Below, one piece after another: positions 10,971 through 22,947 of a DNA stretch of 33,000 bases (position 1 is the stretch's first letter; the number at the start of each line of letters is the position of its first letter). The notes beneath the pieces were generated by a model. That model was not told the origin of the DNA. It searched no databases and saw nothing but the letters and a program-made list of their open reading frames with translations. Source of the DNA: Dicyema japonicum (taxonomy: Eukaryota; Animalia; Dicyemida); assembly GCA_011109175.1 (NCBI GenBank), contig RDEW01000009.1, forward strand, positions 1,043,652-1,076,651. Reading direction: 5' to 3'. A program made the position numbers and the translations under genes.

Positions 10971-11280
10971 AAAAAAACAATGCACTTTCCGAGGTATCTA
11001 TATCATCTATCGCTCCGCACAAACAGAACATACAATTTATTTAATCAAAAAACAGTAATCGTAGCTAATCGATGAGGGAGAATCTAGGAAAGCTCTTCAT
11101 TTCTTTGTTTTTTTTCCTGGGTGTATGTCCTATATATAAGATCCGGTTCCGCAGTGAAATGTTCACTGATAACGGCGTCACTCGTCAAGCCAGAGCATAT
11201 TGATGCGTGGAATTTTCAACCGAATGTACAGTATCCAGATTCGAACTAGTGACCTTAAGGCCTCTCGCCCGACAACCAAT
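10971..11280 (-). mobile_element. tRNA-derived SINE family A, copy 2
   Basis: B box AGTTCGAATC; colinear with 26690-26989 and 32036-32350 over about 300 nt. Confidence 0.88.
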
Positions 11281-12196
11281 AGATTACTTCGAGTTACTAA
11301 TAATATCCTCGATTGCTTTTATGGTCACTGAAGATGCATCCTTTAGTCTGGATTTGAAGTTGATCAATAATTTAAATTCTGAATATAATGTCCCCCCTCT
11401 CCATCCTCATCCCTGATATGTCTGTACCGAACGGAATGTAATAGTAATGATTTCCGTCGATGTAGGAGACATTGGTTGTATTGCTATGGATGTCGGATCT
11501 AACTTTTTATCAAATATATTTCCATAAAGTCCTAAAAACTGATTCTACTATAAAAAATTTAATTCAAACATGACCATTCCGTCATACTCCAGCACTTTGT
11601 ATCATTCTGTACATAAAGTCGCCTTTTTTTAATTTCTACGAAAAATATCATTCTTTTACGTCAATCGTCAGTTTTTTTAGGTTGGCTAGTTAGACCTAAG
11701 AAAGTTAGACATTCCTAAATTGGCTGTTGAATAACCTGAATAGTACGAAAAAGGTTTGTTTTTCACTTTGCTTTAAAGACCAAAGTATCGACGTGTGTTA
11801 AGACAGAGAATGGTAAATGCGATTCTAAGAATTTTGGGTGTTTGTTCACTGGAAGATCGGTTATGTAGGGAAGAGTAGGATATGGTTGAATTGCTCTTGG
11901 TCTTTGGTAATTAAGGTCACTGAGGTTTGGAAATTGAAATAGTAATCCAATTTGAAGAATTAGGTGATTTTAAGCGTCAGTTTAGAATTGGAGTCTGGTG
12001 CATGTCACTGAGGTGAAGATTGTAAAAGGAGAAGAGGACTATCCACGATGATCAACATGCGAAAAATTGCTGAACCGAGACATATGGAAGTGTTAACAGA
12101 TTTGACCAGTCTCCCACAGAGGAACTTGTAGCCCAAGACATACAGTCATAATGCTAGGAAAGTTACTAGGGAATACTTTAGTTAGGTCTACAGAAA

Positions 12197-12571
12197 CTAT
12201 GCTTTTGAACTTTGGTGCTGGAAGAGTTTACTAAGAATCCCTTAGACTTCCAAATTAACAAACACCGATCTACTCAAACGGGTGGAGACGGACATTTCGC
12301 TAGAAGGAAGAATCGTAAAACACAGATTGGCGTTCTTTGGGCATGTTGTCCGCTCTGATTCCCTGGAGGAGACCATTATGCTGAGCAATATTACTGAGAA
12401 GAGAAGACCTGGTCGACCGAGGACTCGGTGGCTATCCACTGTAGAAGACGTCACGGGAATGTCTATATCAAGGCTACTCCAAATTGCGACGGATCGGGGA
12501 GAGTAAAGAAAATTGGCTCATGAGATCTCCAAGGGTCGGACACGACTTAATTTGAATAACATAACATAACA
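12197..12571 (+). mobile_element. RTE (BovB-like) LINE 3' end with (ATAAC)3 tail
   Basis: AFELWCWKSLLRIP...RLAFFGHVVRSDSLEETIML...RRPGRPRTRWL...ATDR; 3' motif gggtcggacacgact followed by (ataac)x3 at 12556-12570. Confidence 0.9.
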
Positions 12572-12619
12572 GAAACCATGAAAGTTTTTTTAGGTGGAAG
12601 GAATTGTTAAAACCGTTAA

Positions 12620-12990
12620 AATCTAAGTCACGAGGTGGGAGTGGTTTATTGGATAAGAAAAAACCCATGTTGTGATTTAAACTCTCACAAATCTCCAGTA
12701 CTAATGAAAGAATGGAGATAGGTCTGTTGAAGAGATTTTGATAGCTAAGCATGGAAGTATAATGATCGACTTTCTCAACATTTGTATGCAGAATGGAGAA
12801 TTCTAGTTGAGTGCATCAAGTCCGTTGTGTCCGAGGTGATACAAATGGAGAATACATTAGTTTTGGCAGAGGTTTCGAACTTTTTTGATTGAGTGATAGA
12901 TCTCGACTCATTTTTTCCTTGAATTTTACACACTTTCTGTAATCTCGTTGTTCTGCTTGCAATAATTAAATCGTCAGCGACTAAAATCAT
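12620..12990 (-). mobile_element. Highly decayed RT-like fragments
   Basis: RPISILSLVLEICESL...MGF and LVADDLIIAS motifs, but not in canonical order. Confidence 0.35.
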
Positions 12991-13789
12991 TCAAAATTAT
13001 GTTTGTGGTTTGACAAAAATTTGATTCAAAGGTAAAACCAAATTAACTAATTCTTGGACCCTCACATTCAAGCACAGTGATCCAGAGGTGGCATTATCGA
13101 ATCCAGCATACACAGAAGATGCTCAATGTCTGGCCGGTATACAAAAGGATACACATCTTCATTCAACCGGGAGACTATTTTGATTCCTGGCGACAAGTTC
13201 TGCCATCGACCTCAGCTTACTGAACAATTTCCTCTGGATTACTTTGATTGGTAACTTGAAGGAAATCAGTCTTTAGCCAACGATGTAACTAACCACGATG
13301 CCGACACCCTAAGACAGGGGTTGGGAACCTTTTAAGCCAAAGAGCTATTTTTTGGCAATTAAAACAATTGAAGAGGATATGATATGAATCTGGAGTACAA
13401 CTTTTTCAATCCATTATATGAATCTGGTTTGCATGTATTGAAGTATGGCACCGGCAATGTCTTCTCCACGTGTTTGACCCTTTAGCGGAAATAATGCTAA
13501 AAGTTATTCTCTAGGAAAGTCTCGAGAAACATAAAGTATTAATAGAGACACCTAATATATTACTAAGTTCATGAAATCTGGACCGTATCCTTAATGTCGC
13601 ATGACTTATCTACTCCGATCAAAATTGCAGAAGCTATTTTAAGGTCATCAACTTGGTGCATCGTCACATGCAAGCGATCTTATTAGTTCTATTCGCATTT
13701 GTTTTTGCGGATAACGGTGTATTTTTAATTTGATTTAAAATCTCTGTTTTATTCTTAAAATTTTGTAATAGTTGTTATTATTTTTATTT

Positions 13790-14175
13790 AATTAATAATC
13801 CCGAAAAGGGAGCACCAAGAAAGAAGGAGTAAACCAACTAATTAAGTGATTCCGGTACGCCTCAACAGGATCGAGAGGTTTTTCCTGTGTTCCTCCAGAG
13901 TACCCACAACTTTCCTGAATAGACGACGATCATCGTTCATTAGAGTTTGAAGAGGGGTGGGAATAGTTGTTGACAATTTTAGAAAACAGGATTTGATGTG
14001 AATGGTTTTCATATTTTTTAAATCTCATGACTGACATGGTTCCAATAAGTGTTTGATAACGAAAGTCAGAAGAAGAGAAAGATTTATCATTCAACATATG
14101 AAAACCCATTAAATCAACGGGGGTTGATTTGTCCCTACGCATTCTCTGGATTCAATGGAACTGCTGTAACCAGAG
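13790..14175 (-). mobile_element. I/Jockey-group LINE 3' fragment (tail type 2) nested in the hAT element
   Basis: C-terminus FRKVVGTLEEHRKNLSILLRRTGIT* is homologous to YRKCVGSRSEHREK..RLLRNAGIT* of the 5845-7190 LINE. Confidence 0.75.
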
Positions 14176-14240
14176 ATCAATTTTTATTAATAATTTAAAT
14201 AGAAATTATTGTTTTCATGGAATGCAAGGAGCTCTTGAAT

Positions 14241-14560
14241 CCACGTGGCTCCAAAGTTAGTGTGGTCCTATGTGGCTACTTGAATTGAAGATTTTGTGTT
14301 TATTACTTCTGTTTCTACTCTTCCCTTTTTGTCTCCAGGGAGCTTGAATTATTAGCGTGCGTCATGTGGTTCACCATCTCTGGTGACCCTAGATATAATC
14401 CTAAATTATATTCAGAAAGAACCATTGGTCAACAACCATCCAGTGGAGTTCCCGATGGGCGGCACTTCCTTCAAGTCCGAGCAAGTGAAGACTGTTGAGG
14501 GAGGCCTGAAATTTTTCATTTTGTCTATGACAGTGTTTTTTGGTTCAATAAATTTAAATT
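14241..14560 (+). mobile_element. Short non-autonomous element, family B, copy 2 (tail type 1), nested in the hAT element
   Basis: Colinear with 22675-22947 (reverse complement). Head shared with 4497-4817. Ends gtgttttttggttcaataaattt. Confidence 0.8.
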
Positions 14561-15639
14561 TATAGACATAGTTGAAGAGCCACAAACAGAATTTATGATT
14601 AAACGAGTAAGATTGTTAAAATTAAAATATTTAATAATTTAAATAAAAATAACAATTTAATTTAAAATAGCATCTAAATATTATATATAGTCTATACATA
14701 AAAACATTTTGGAAGAACATTATTTTGAAAATGTTTTTATTGGAGATCAAAGTAATCATTTGCGATAATTGAAAGAGCCACATAAAAAATCAATGATCCA
14801 CAATGGCTCTAAAATCCACTGTTGCCGACCCCTGCCCTAGGAAATCCTGTTAATAACAAAAAAATCATTTTTTTTAAATTGCTGAAAATTATTTAAAAAA
14901 TTGTTTATCAGCTGAAATTATTAACTATTTTTTATGAGCGTAATATGACCTTGAAAATTTTGTTTCATTCAAAAGTAATCTGTTCTTAAGGGATAGATGT
15001 AATACTAATTATCTTAATAAGAAGTAAGGTCCCTTCACTTTCATAGTTGTACTTTCCAGTCAACGTCACCACATTCACTGTTTCGCTTTTTGTATTTTAT
15101 CACCATTCCGAATCTACAAATACGATAATGCTGTACACTAAAAATTGAAAAAGTACTAGACCCTATATATTAAACTCAAAAATAAAAAACAGAGGATATA
15201 CATTGACTAAGAATGCCACATCAACAAGTCTGCCTTATTCAACCAGTCTGACAGTTAACAAATCAAAGCCGCTAAGCTAATTTAAGAGTGGATTAGTATC
15301 TGGTTATATACTAAACCATTAAGGTCGTGACCAAACACTAACACGTGACCTATACTACCAAATAAATCAAATAATAATTATATAACATTAAATAAAAGAG
15401 ACACGTGACGACAAATGAATTCAGTTAATAAATAACAAATTTAAAGGTCAACGTGGGGCATAGGGTTTTTCTGTTTTATTTTTTAACGCTTCAGACAAAC
15501 TGGAAGGTGTAACCGGGCTGTTTTTGTGAACTCTTTCAACGTGGAGAATGCTGGAATAACGAAATAAGTCATCGGGTAAGCCTCTTCCCTTTATAAATTC
15601 AGAGGGCCTTCCTGGGGTTTGAAATGAAATGGTACTTAA

Positions 15640-16290
15640 TAATTCCAATTTGATCGTTCTAACAATTCCCTAAATTGATCATCACCATCAGTACCTCAAC
15701 TCATCCAAATCATCTTCATTTCTTAGACTTTTGTTCACAAACTCTAGATCTCCATCAAGTGTTTCTGGAAGTGTAATACGCCGGCGGAAGCACGGTCCCT
15801 GTCTCAAATAGCCTCCAACGCATATCAACAATTTCGAGACTCAGTGGACTCGTACAACATCTTTTATGTAGTGAGTGAATCCTTGTTTATTCTTGTTGGC
15901 CAGTTCAGTCCTAATAATGATCTAAGTTGTCTTCGGTAGAAAGAGTCTACTCCAATTTGTTCGGTTTTGGACGTCCCCCAGGTCGATGAATTGTATATTA
16001 GGATCGGCTTGACAAAGGCTTCATACAGTCTCAAACAAAGTTATGTGCAGGATTGTCGTTTGCCACTCTTTCTTCAACTTGTTCATCGTTATTCAAGCAA
16101 GGGCCTTCCTTCTGCCAATATCTTGGCTGTCTCCAGTAAAAAGCCGAGTTTGTTCTTTTTGCGGCATGTTTCACTTAATCTGCTTTCCATTCTCCTGATT
16201 TCCACAATGTCGTTTTTTGCGGTGTTCATTACGAGGAACCATCTGTTCAGCTCAGCATGTGCCATTTCGGGAGTCGAAGTTTAAAGGTCA
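15640..16290 (-). mobile_element. RTE-like LINE C-terminal region
   Basis: LRLYEAFVKPILIYNSSTWG...DSFYRRQLRSLLGLNWP.RI...RWRLF...RRRITLPETLDGDL...DLDELR. Confidence 0.85.
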
Positions 16291-16759
16291 GTCTCTTCGT
16301 ACTACTCTGAGGATTTTGTACGATTATTTTTGCTTCGCTCCATTCACACTATGCATACCCCATAGAAGGGGAAAGAAGAGAAATCACTCACGTCCATAGT
16401 AAAAGAAATTACTTACTCATTCTCCTCTCGAAACTTATTGGTCGACTTTGAAAAGCACACGTACAGATTCAAACACTATGAGAAGCAAACATCGATTGTC
16501 TCGGAAACACAAAGATTAAAGATTACGGAGCCTTCTGTAGGTAGAATCCGTGCTACCGTGAAGATTCTTCCAAATCAGAACCTTATACTTCAGCCATCTG
16601 AACAGTCCTACGCAGCACTCGTTCAGAGACACCAAATTATCCCATACGTTATAGCAAACCTCCTTCAATTCCACGAATTAATGTGTTAGTTTGAAATCTT
16701 TAATGAATATCCCAATATCACCTACAGTGGTTCTCAATTGCAGCCCATGCGAAGTTCCG

Positions 16760-17000
16760 TTGACTCAAACGATAGCAAGAGATAAACTGGAGAAGCCACC
16801 GAGTTTAACATACGTCGTGGCTTTTTAATGTAGCCAGGCGTCCCAGCTTCTTTAGTAAACGAATCGATTTCCCGCTTATTCCTCCAGTTGTTTCATCTAT
16901 GGGGCAGAAAGTGAATCGATCGTATATTTGTCTCCTTTGCTTTCATTGATTTTTCCGCTCCATACACTGTGTCTACCGCGCTCACGACAATATTGGATGG
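16760..17000 (-). mobile_element. CRE-clade non-LTR retrotransposon 3' fragment
   Basis: K..KY...ETTGGISGKSIRLLKKLGRLA...RWL.Q.ISLAIV, with frameshifts. Confidence 0.7.
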
Positions 17001-17039
17001 TTTTTTACAATAAACTTTGAAGCAGTTATTTATTTGCTG

Positions 17040-18250
17040 GCTATTAGAACGATTAATGCAAGGCTCTTTTGTATAGTGTTAGTAAAATTACAGGGGGGGA
17101 ATTTTCAATCGGCCTTACAAACTTATTTCCTTTTTCAATTAGTGTCAGTAATCCTTTTCCATAACCTGAGATGGTAATGTGGGAAAGTTGTATAAACACC
17201 ATTAAAAGACAGTTAAAGTGATGAGTCATCACTGATGACACTATACGAGTAAAGTTGTCCATAGTCATCTGGTTCACAGGAAACTGATATATTGCATGAT
17301 ATTGGAGGATGTTGTCGATCGAAAGTATAAGCGAAGAAAAATAAATTTTTCATTACTTCAGTAATTCTTTGCAAGTTTCGAATAGTTTAATACGTGCAAA
17401 TTCTGATACCTTCCGATTCTCCTTTCAGAAGAATCCACGAGGAACTCTGGCCACGGATTCGTGTTTTTCTGCAGAGAAAAGGGAAACTTATTGGGTAATG
17501 CGATTATTCGAGCAGAGGAACATCGATCTGTCTTGTAGAAAAACACTCCGATTGAGTTCCTTTGTAAGCATTCAAACAGGCTATACAGTCGGGACATTAG
17601 AAACTCTTTTTAAAATTAAATTTTTATTACAAGATCAACTTTTTGGCTCGATGCTCCTTCCTTGATCCTACACAAACTCATTGTGGTCAGGTTGTGCCTG
17701 ATTACACCTCCTCCGTTATTTCTTGTATTGGGATCTCCAAGAGTTAGAACTAACATGTGAGCTTAAACATTTTCAGATCTGACTTTCAAAACCTGTGATT
17801 TCGGTAAGTATGCGTAGATTCCGGAATATGTTTGTTAGTCGCGGAAAGGATTCCTTTCGCAGTTTCAACCATATTTTGACTAAGAAAAATCCCTGTTTTT
17901 CCAATCCATTCTGACTACGGCTCTTGACACTTTACCCGTAATGTTGTTAATGAGTCATGTGTTCCGTATGATAACATTTCATAAATGACACAGAATTCCC
18001 TCAACTCCTTTGCCCCAATACAGAGCGTATCATTCCGAATTCCGTGGAAACAATTTTGTGGTCACATTTAACTGTAATTCCACAGTAAGATCTTTAATGC
18101 AAAAAAAGTGATTTGTCTTATATGTTACCTACAATCGACCTGATTGGAAATCTTTATGGAAGTTCACATGTAAGTCATGTCAGCAGTCATTCAAGTTGTT
18201 TCGTGCATGGAGAGTGTTGGAATACAGTATTTAAGAGAAATAAGTTAAAA
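17040..18250 (-). mobile_element. Decayed RTE-like LINE, EN/RT N-terminal region; possibly the same element as 15640-16290
   Basis: GKGLLTLIEKGNKFVRPIENSPPVILLTLYKR is homologous to GHGNLIPIRKPGKSVGPVEYLRPMILLTTLRK at 3370-3470; NQVD-like endonuclease motif near 18140. Confidence 0.55.
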
Positions 18251-18672
18251 CCATAGCAGAAGCTCGCCAAGACTGTACTGGGGAAAGTCCTATCCCTCTT
18301 CCATGCACTTTCAATGAAAAATTCAAGTAGGATTAATCTGTAGTCACATGACACTAATTGATTTTTTCTTTGATATTAGCATATATTGATCTGTATTTTG
18401 CCAAATACTGACGTGGTGCCTCTTTAGTCTTTAGACCTCTCCCATTGAAGGTTTGATACCGTATATACGTGGATTAGACTCGTGGAGATTGACTCTACAA
18501 CCACAACCAATAAAGTTAACTACTTCTAGTCTTTAGGGTAAATTCAGCCACTGAAAGCAATACTGGCTGACAAGTTTACGCAAATTTAAAACTGTCAAAA
18601 TTTCGTTGCGAAGACATATAATCCAATTTTAACGTAAAAACACGAAATATATATCAATACTGAGGTTTATTA

Positions 18673-18970
18673 ATGGAGAAGAAAAGGGAGAAGAGAAGAC
18701 TGAGGACAGCCATGGAAAGAGAAAAGATAAAATTGAAGATTAAGGATCTAGAGCATGTATTAGTATGACTTATATTAGAAATTGAGAATTAAAAAAAAGG
18801 AATATTACGAAAAACTGAAGGAAGTTGCTTTTAGAAAGTTCTTGGAGGATATTCTTGAGGAGAAAGAGGCGATGCCGATTGATCGTGAACACATCAGGTC
18901 GATGTCGTACCCTGAGTTTGTTGATTATATTAGAGCTTATTTTGACAATGTTTATTCATCTCTTTCTTAA
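18673..18970 (+). CDS. Putative intact 91-aa charged (Lys/Glu/Arg-rich) protein; exons 18673-18756 and 18779-18970
   Basis: ATG at 18673. Removing the 22-nt intron gtattagtatgacttatattag (18757-18778, containing an in-frame TGA) joins MEKKREKRRLRTAMEREKIKLKIKDLEH in frame to KLRIKKKEYYEKLKEVAFRKFLEDIL...VYSSLS*. Confidence 0.65.
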
Positions 18971-19955
18971 TCAGTTTTTTAGTCTTCTTTTCTGGGTTAA
19001 TGTGGATGCACTAAGATTACTTGAATTTAACTCTTCACATGTTATTATGGTCCTTGAGCATACATTATGTTGTTCACATGGTATGACTTGAAATTGGGGA
19101 ACTTTAATGACAGTAAACCTATAATTCGTTTGAATAAAAATCCTAATTAATGCAATTGAAGATGAATAATTCAATTATAATGACACGTGGTAATTGTGAG
19201 CTATTAAGAGAAGGGCATGTCTCGATAACATATTTAACTCGATGTTCTTTAAGAGTTCGATACACTATCCTTATGTTCTCATTGCAGGTTGGTAGGCTTG
19301 TTTTCTTTATAAAGACCTCGAAGGGGGTTGTTCCAGCCACAGAACTGTGGAAACTGTGTAGCGTCTCGATAGCTGTGGATTGTAGGTTTTTTTTGCTTAT
19401 CCGTCGCAGGAGTCATGCCTTCTTGTATTGTCGAAGAAATTTATTTTAAAAACAAGACTCATCGACAAATTAAAAGAAAATATATGGGCGTTAGGTGATC
19501 TCAGCCTCCTTAAGCAGTCATCTCACCTTTCTTCAGTGTTCGTCCCGAGATCCATATAGTAGTGCATGACTTTTCTGTGCTTGTAGATAACAAGTTATTC
19601 TCTTACCGTTTGCGGGATCAGATCTTGCGTGTCTTATCTATTTATTTTTTTAGCCCAGGGTCACTAAGTTTGAAAAAGTGTCATTTGCTAACTAAGTCCT
19701 CCCGAACTGACAAAAGGAAGGCATAACTTGTTTTTGACAAGGTCCTTTAGTGCTCTTCTCATTTGACACAAAGTCCGGTAGTTTTGAATTTGAGGAGTTT
19801 TAAGTCCGATAATGTCCGGCCTCTCCCATGAATAAGAAAGAGTCCCAAAGGACAATGATTTTTTAAATGCAACCCCGAATCCACGTTCTTCAAATACAAA
19901 TTGAAGAACTTGACAACTGCAGAAGTCACATAAACCAACGTAACATCGGATCCTA
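18971..19955 (-). pseudogene. Possible disrupted host gene with a TBC/Rab-GAP-like motif
   Basis: MLRWFM...IIVLWDSFLFMG (about 19830-19950) resembles the TBC motif RWF...R+WD.FL.EG. Short GT-AG segments lie downstream, but I could not build a clean ORF. Confidence 0.3.
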
Positions 19956-19958
19956 GAC

Positions 19959-20132
19959 GTTAGCCATTAGAATATGTCCGGACCAAAACCTGAGGGAAAT
20001 TTTACTGATAGTGTGTCGCATGGCCGACTGATTACGCATGGGCAGACGGTTACATTTTTTTACCTTGAAAGGTCAATCAAACATCTTCTATTATCAGAAT
20101 TTTATTTTTTAGGGTGGCAACCCTAAATTTCT
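19959..20132 (+). repeat. ~172-bp diverged direct repeat, copy 1
   Basis: Colinear with 20601-20770 (gttagccatt...ggcaaccctaaatttct). Confidence 0.9.
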
Positions 20133-20625
20133 GGTGTCCAGACATTTGGCCAACAGATATTCGACCGACAGAAGTTAGGCCGACAGGACATTTGGCCGAT
20201 AGGACATTCTGGTTTTAAAATTCAGAGAAAAAATTCAAAATAAAAACATTTACTTAAAGGTTATGAGAAAGCGCAGTCAAAAATTCTACTGGAGTGTAAT
20301 CATCATATTTTTCAATAATACTGTTTATCCTTTTGTTCACATCCTAGTACTTCTTTACTTGTCTTATTGTTATTCCGGCCATCACTTGTACTACTGTGAG
20401 TTCCCACTCCGACTGTTCTTTCGTATTTTTGCAACAAGCCGACAAACGGTTGGATGCTTTATAGACACTCTTTGTGAAAAAGATCTGTGCCATCCTTCAA
20501 GTGAATTCGTAGTTCTTGGGAGGCCTTATGCCTGTCTGTCGTGTACATTACACATTTCCAAACTAAACAATAGTGTCGGCTAATGTCCTGTCGACCAAAT
20601 GTTAGCCATTCAAATATGTACGGAC
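20133..20625 (-). mobile_element. Internally deleted MULE/Mutator element with subterminal repeat arrays
   Basis: Minus strand reads NVHDR..GLPRTTNSLEGWHRSFSQRVSIKHPTV..LVAKIRK...FLTALSHNL, a MULE transposase C-terminus. gacatttggccga-type repeats at 20140-20208 are inverted at 20574-20602. Confidence 0.85.
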
Positions 20626-20770
20626 CAAAACCTGAAGAAAATTTGACTGATAGTGTGTCACATGGCCGACTGGCTACGCATGGGTGGTTACATTTTTTAC
20701 CTTGAAATGTCAAATCAAATATCTTTTATTATTAGAATTTTATTTTTTATGGTGGCAACCCTAAATTTCT
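20601..20770 (+). repeat. ~172-bp diverged direct repeat, copy 2
   Basis: Colinear with 19959-20132. Confidence 0.9.
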
Positions 20771-21444
20771 AGCGTGTTTCAGAATACTTTTTGTAGTGGC
20801 TACTTACAGAGGTTTTGTGAAAGATAGTTCGGAGTATGAAAGACGTTTTGCAAAATAAATTCCCTGAACATCTTGCGAGGCAAGGAATATATATGCTAGC
20901 TGAGAAGATTTTTTAGTATAATTAATGAAAGGTATTGTACATTTTTTATTATCAAAAGGATGGAGAGCACGGCAAAAGCCCTACACGAGTGTCCACATGG
21001 AGTCAACTACAGCGATATTTTACTGTTAAGAATGACATTATGGAGTCAACTACAGTAAGGTCCCTTAATTGGCACAATTAACAGCCAAGTTTGTAAATTT
21101 TCGAATGCCTTAAAAGTTTTTATTTCCTTTATTTGTAGATTGGAGATATAAACCACCACGTTTTTGCTTCTTGGCCCAATGGAAGATTAGACGCTAAGCT
21201 TCGTATGTACGCACGTTCCGGAATTTGCTCCCATATTCCTCGTAAACCCAATATGAAGTATTCATTACATATTATTTCTTGGAGAGCTGTCTCTCAGCGA
21301 AAGGATCTTAACAGTCATTGACATATTTAGTAGACTGGTTTTTTATTTTAACAATTAAAAAATAAGTTTTAGTTTTTTTTGTTCATTTGGCTGGTAAATG
21401 TACGGAATTAACGATAATCTTACTAAAAATTACTTTTTAATTTA

Positions 21445-21680
21445 CTCAACCTTTATAATACTTCCAACAACGACCTGAAATTTCCTCTCTACGACAACAA
21501 ACTGATTGTGTGTAACCTTGACCTTAGCATAACTGCGGCTACTGCTCTTTGGCTTTGTTTTTTCAGTAATTCCATTATTTCAACGATGGGTCACTGGCCG
21601 CAAACTGACGACCTCCACCTTTACCAATTGTTTCAAGGTATGGAGCAATCGCATATGTTAACTCCCTACCAGGTGATGGG
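21445..21680 (-). mobile_element. Possible CRE-like 3' fragment
   Basis: PYLETIGKGG...LHTISLLS*RGNFRSLL resembles the ETxG...IS...QRGN motifs. Confidence 0.4.
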
Positions 21681-21752
21681 GCTAATGGTTGTATTGGATT
21701 CGTTAATTTTGTGAGACATGAAAAAGTATGTGCAGCTATTAATGGTTTAAAC

Positions 21753-22559
21753 CAGTGGTTAACCTTTTTTAAGTCAGCGCCCCCTTAAAAATTTTGCTGT
21801 CAACTGCGATATTTTTATGATGCAAAGGTCCTTTTTCAAGTATCCTTGAATTTTTTTGTAAATATTTGATTAATCATAAGACGATTTTCATAATGTGTGA
21901 AAATCCCAGTCCTTAGAAGATCCAATAAGGGTAAGGATTAGACAGTACCTGCAAACGATGTAATGGAAACATATTTTTAATGCATTTGAGAATACGAGGA
22001 CGACCGAGATGAACACTACCGATCTAAGAAGACCTAAAGATTGCCAAAATGAAGATCGATGAAGCGAGGACCTAGATGCTCTCCGCAAAATCGCATTTAG
22101 AGGCATCTCACTGAAAAACTGTCCATGTTACTGCGCAAGCAAAGAGAGGATAATGATCCCCCAAGTTGTCATCAGGTGATATATGCTCTTCTCTTGGTGT
22201 CATCATCGTGCTTTTTTTGAGATTATATTTCAGATTAGAAAAATAATTAACATCTGCATCAAGTTCTCAGGATAAAAAATCTTAAGATGATTTGACATTC
22301 TTGAGGCTTCATTCATTTGTAAAGACCTTCTTCACATAAGAGACATAGGAAGTAATTAGTTATACTCGTAGGGTATCAATCACTCCAAACTTTAAGTATT
22401 CATCCGAATGTATACGTCTTTTACTTTTTTATCACACATCTATAAAATATTAAATTTAATCAATAATAAAAAGTTAATATTTAATAATCACCAACCTTCC
22501 TCGGCTGCCTATTCGTCAGCCCCCCTAATATGTTCCAGCGCCCCCCGCAAGAACCACTG
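21753..22559 (-). mobile_element. hAT (Buster/Charlie-like) non-autonomous DNA transposon
   Basis: Termini cagtggtt...aaccactg; TSD gtttaaac / ctctaaac (6/8); subterminal cgcccccc motifs. Minus-strand BED-finger remnant YSDEYLKFG...CLLCEE....MKP....HL at 22270-22410. Confidence 0.82.
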
Positions 22560-22674
22560 CTCTAAACGAATCAGTACTGAATCAACAGTGGGAAAGACTA
22601 TCTTGGAATAAGTTATATTTACCATGTTTGTGTTATTTACACTTTTGTGATATTAGCGAGTATTTATTTTTTTA

Positions 22675-22947
22675 AATTCATTGAACCAAAAAACACCCTT
22701 ATAGCCAGAATGAAAAAAAATCAGGTGATCCCGGCCTCCCTCAGCAGTCTTGGAATGCTCGGACTTGAAGGAAGTGCCTTCCAGAGGAACTCCTCTGGAT
22801 GGTTGTTGACTAATGGTCATTTTTGAATATAATATAGGATTATATCTGGCCCCCAGAGATGGTTAACCAAATGACGCACGCCAATAAATAATAAATCACC
22901 TCCCTAGAGCCAAAAGGGAAGAGGAGGAACAGAAGAATCAAACATAT
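22675..22947 (-). mobile_element. Short non-autonomous element, family B, copy 3 (5'-truncated, tail type 1)
   Basis: Reverse complement is colinear with 14290-14560. Tail encodes RLLREAGIT* (gccgggatcacctga, identical to 7142-7156). Confidence 0.82.

Larger units (their letters stand above)
13315..14834 (-). mobile_element. hAT (Charlie/SPIN-like) DNA transposon, internally deleted, with nested retroelements
   Basis: TIRs caggggttgggaacc and caggggtcggcaaca (12/15). 8-bp TSD ccctaaga (13307-13314) and ccctagga (14835-14842). Minus-strand transposase remnant at 13430-13720: PLSAKT..RT.KIA, GVDKSCDIKDT, LLALFPLKGQTRGEDIA. Confidence 0.92.

Noticed and set aside
20997-21055. CRISPR-like 16-bp direct repeat atggagtcaactacag with a 27-nt spacer
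   Set aside because: Only two short repeats, no cas genes, eukaryotic context; a local duplication.
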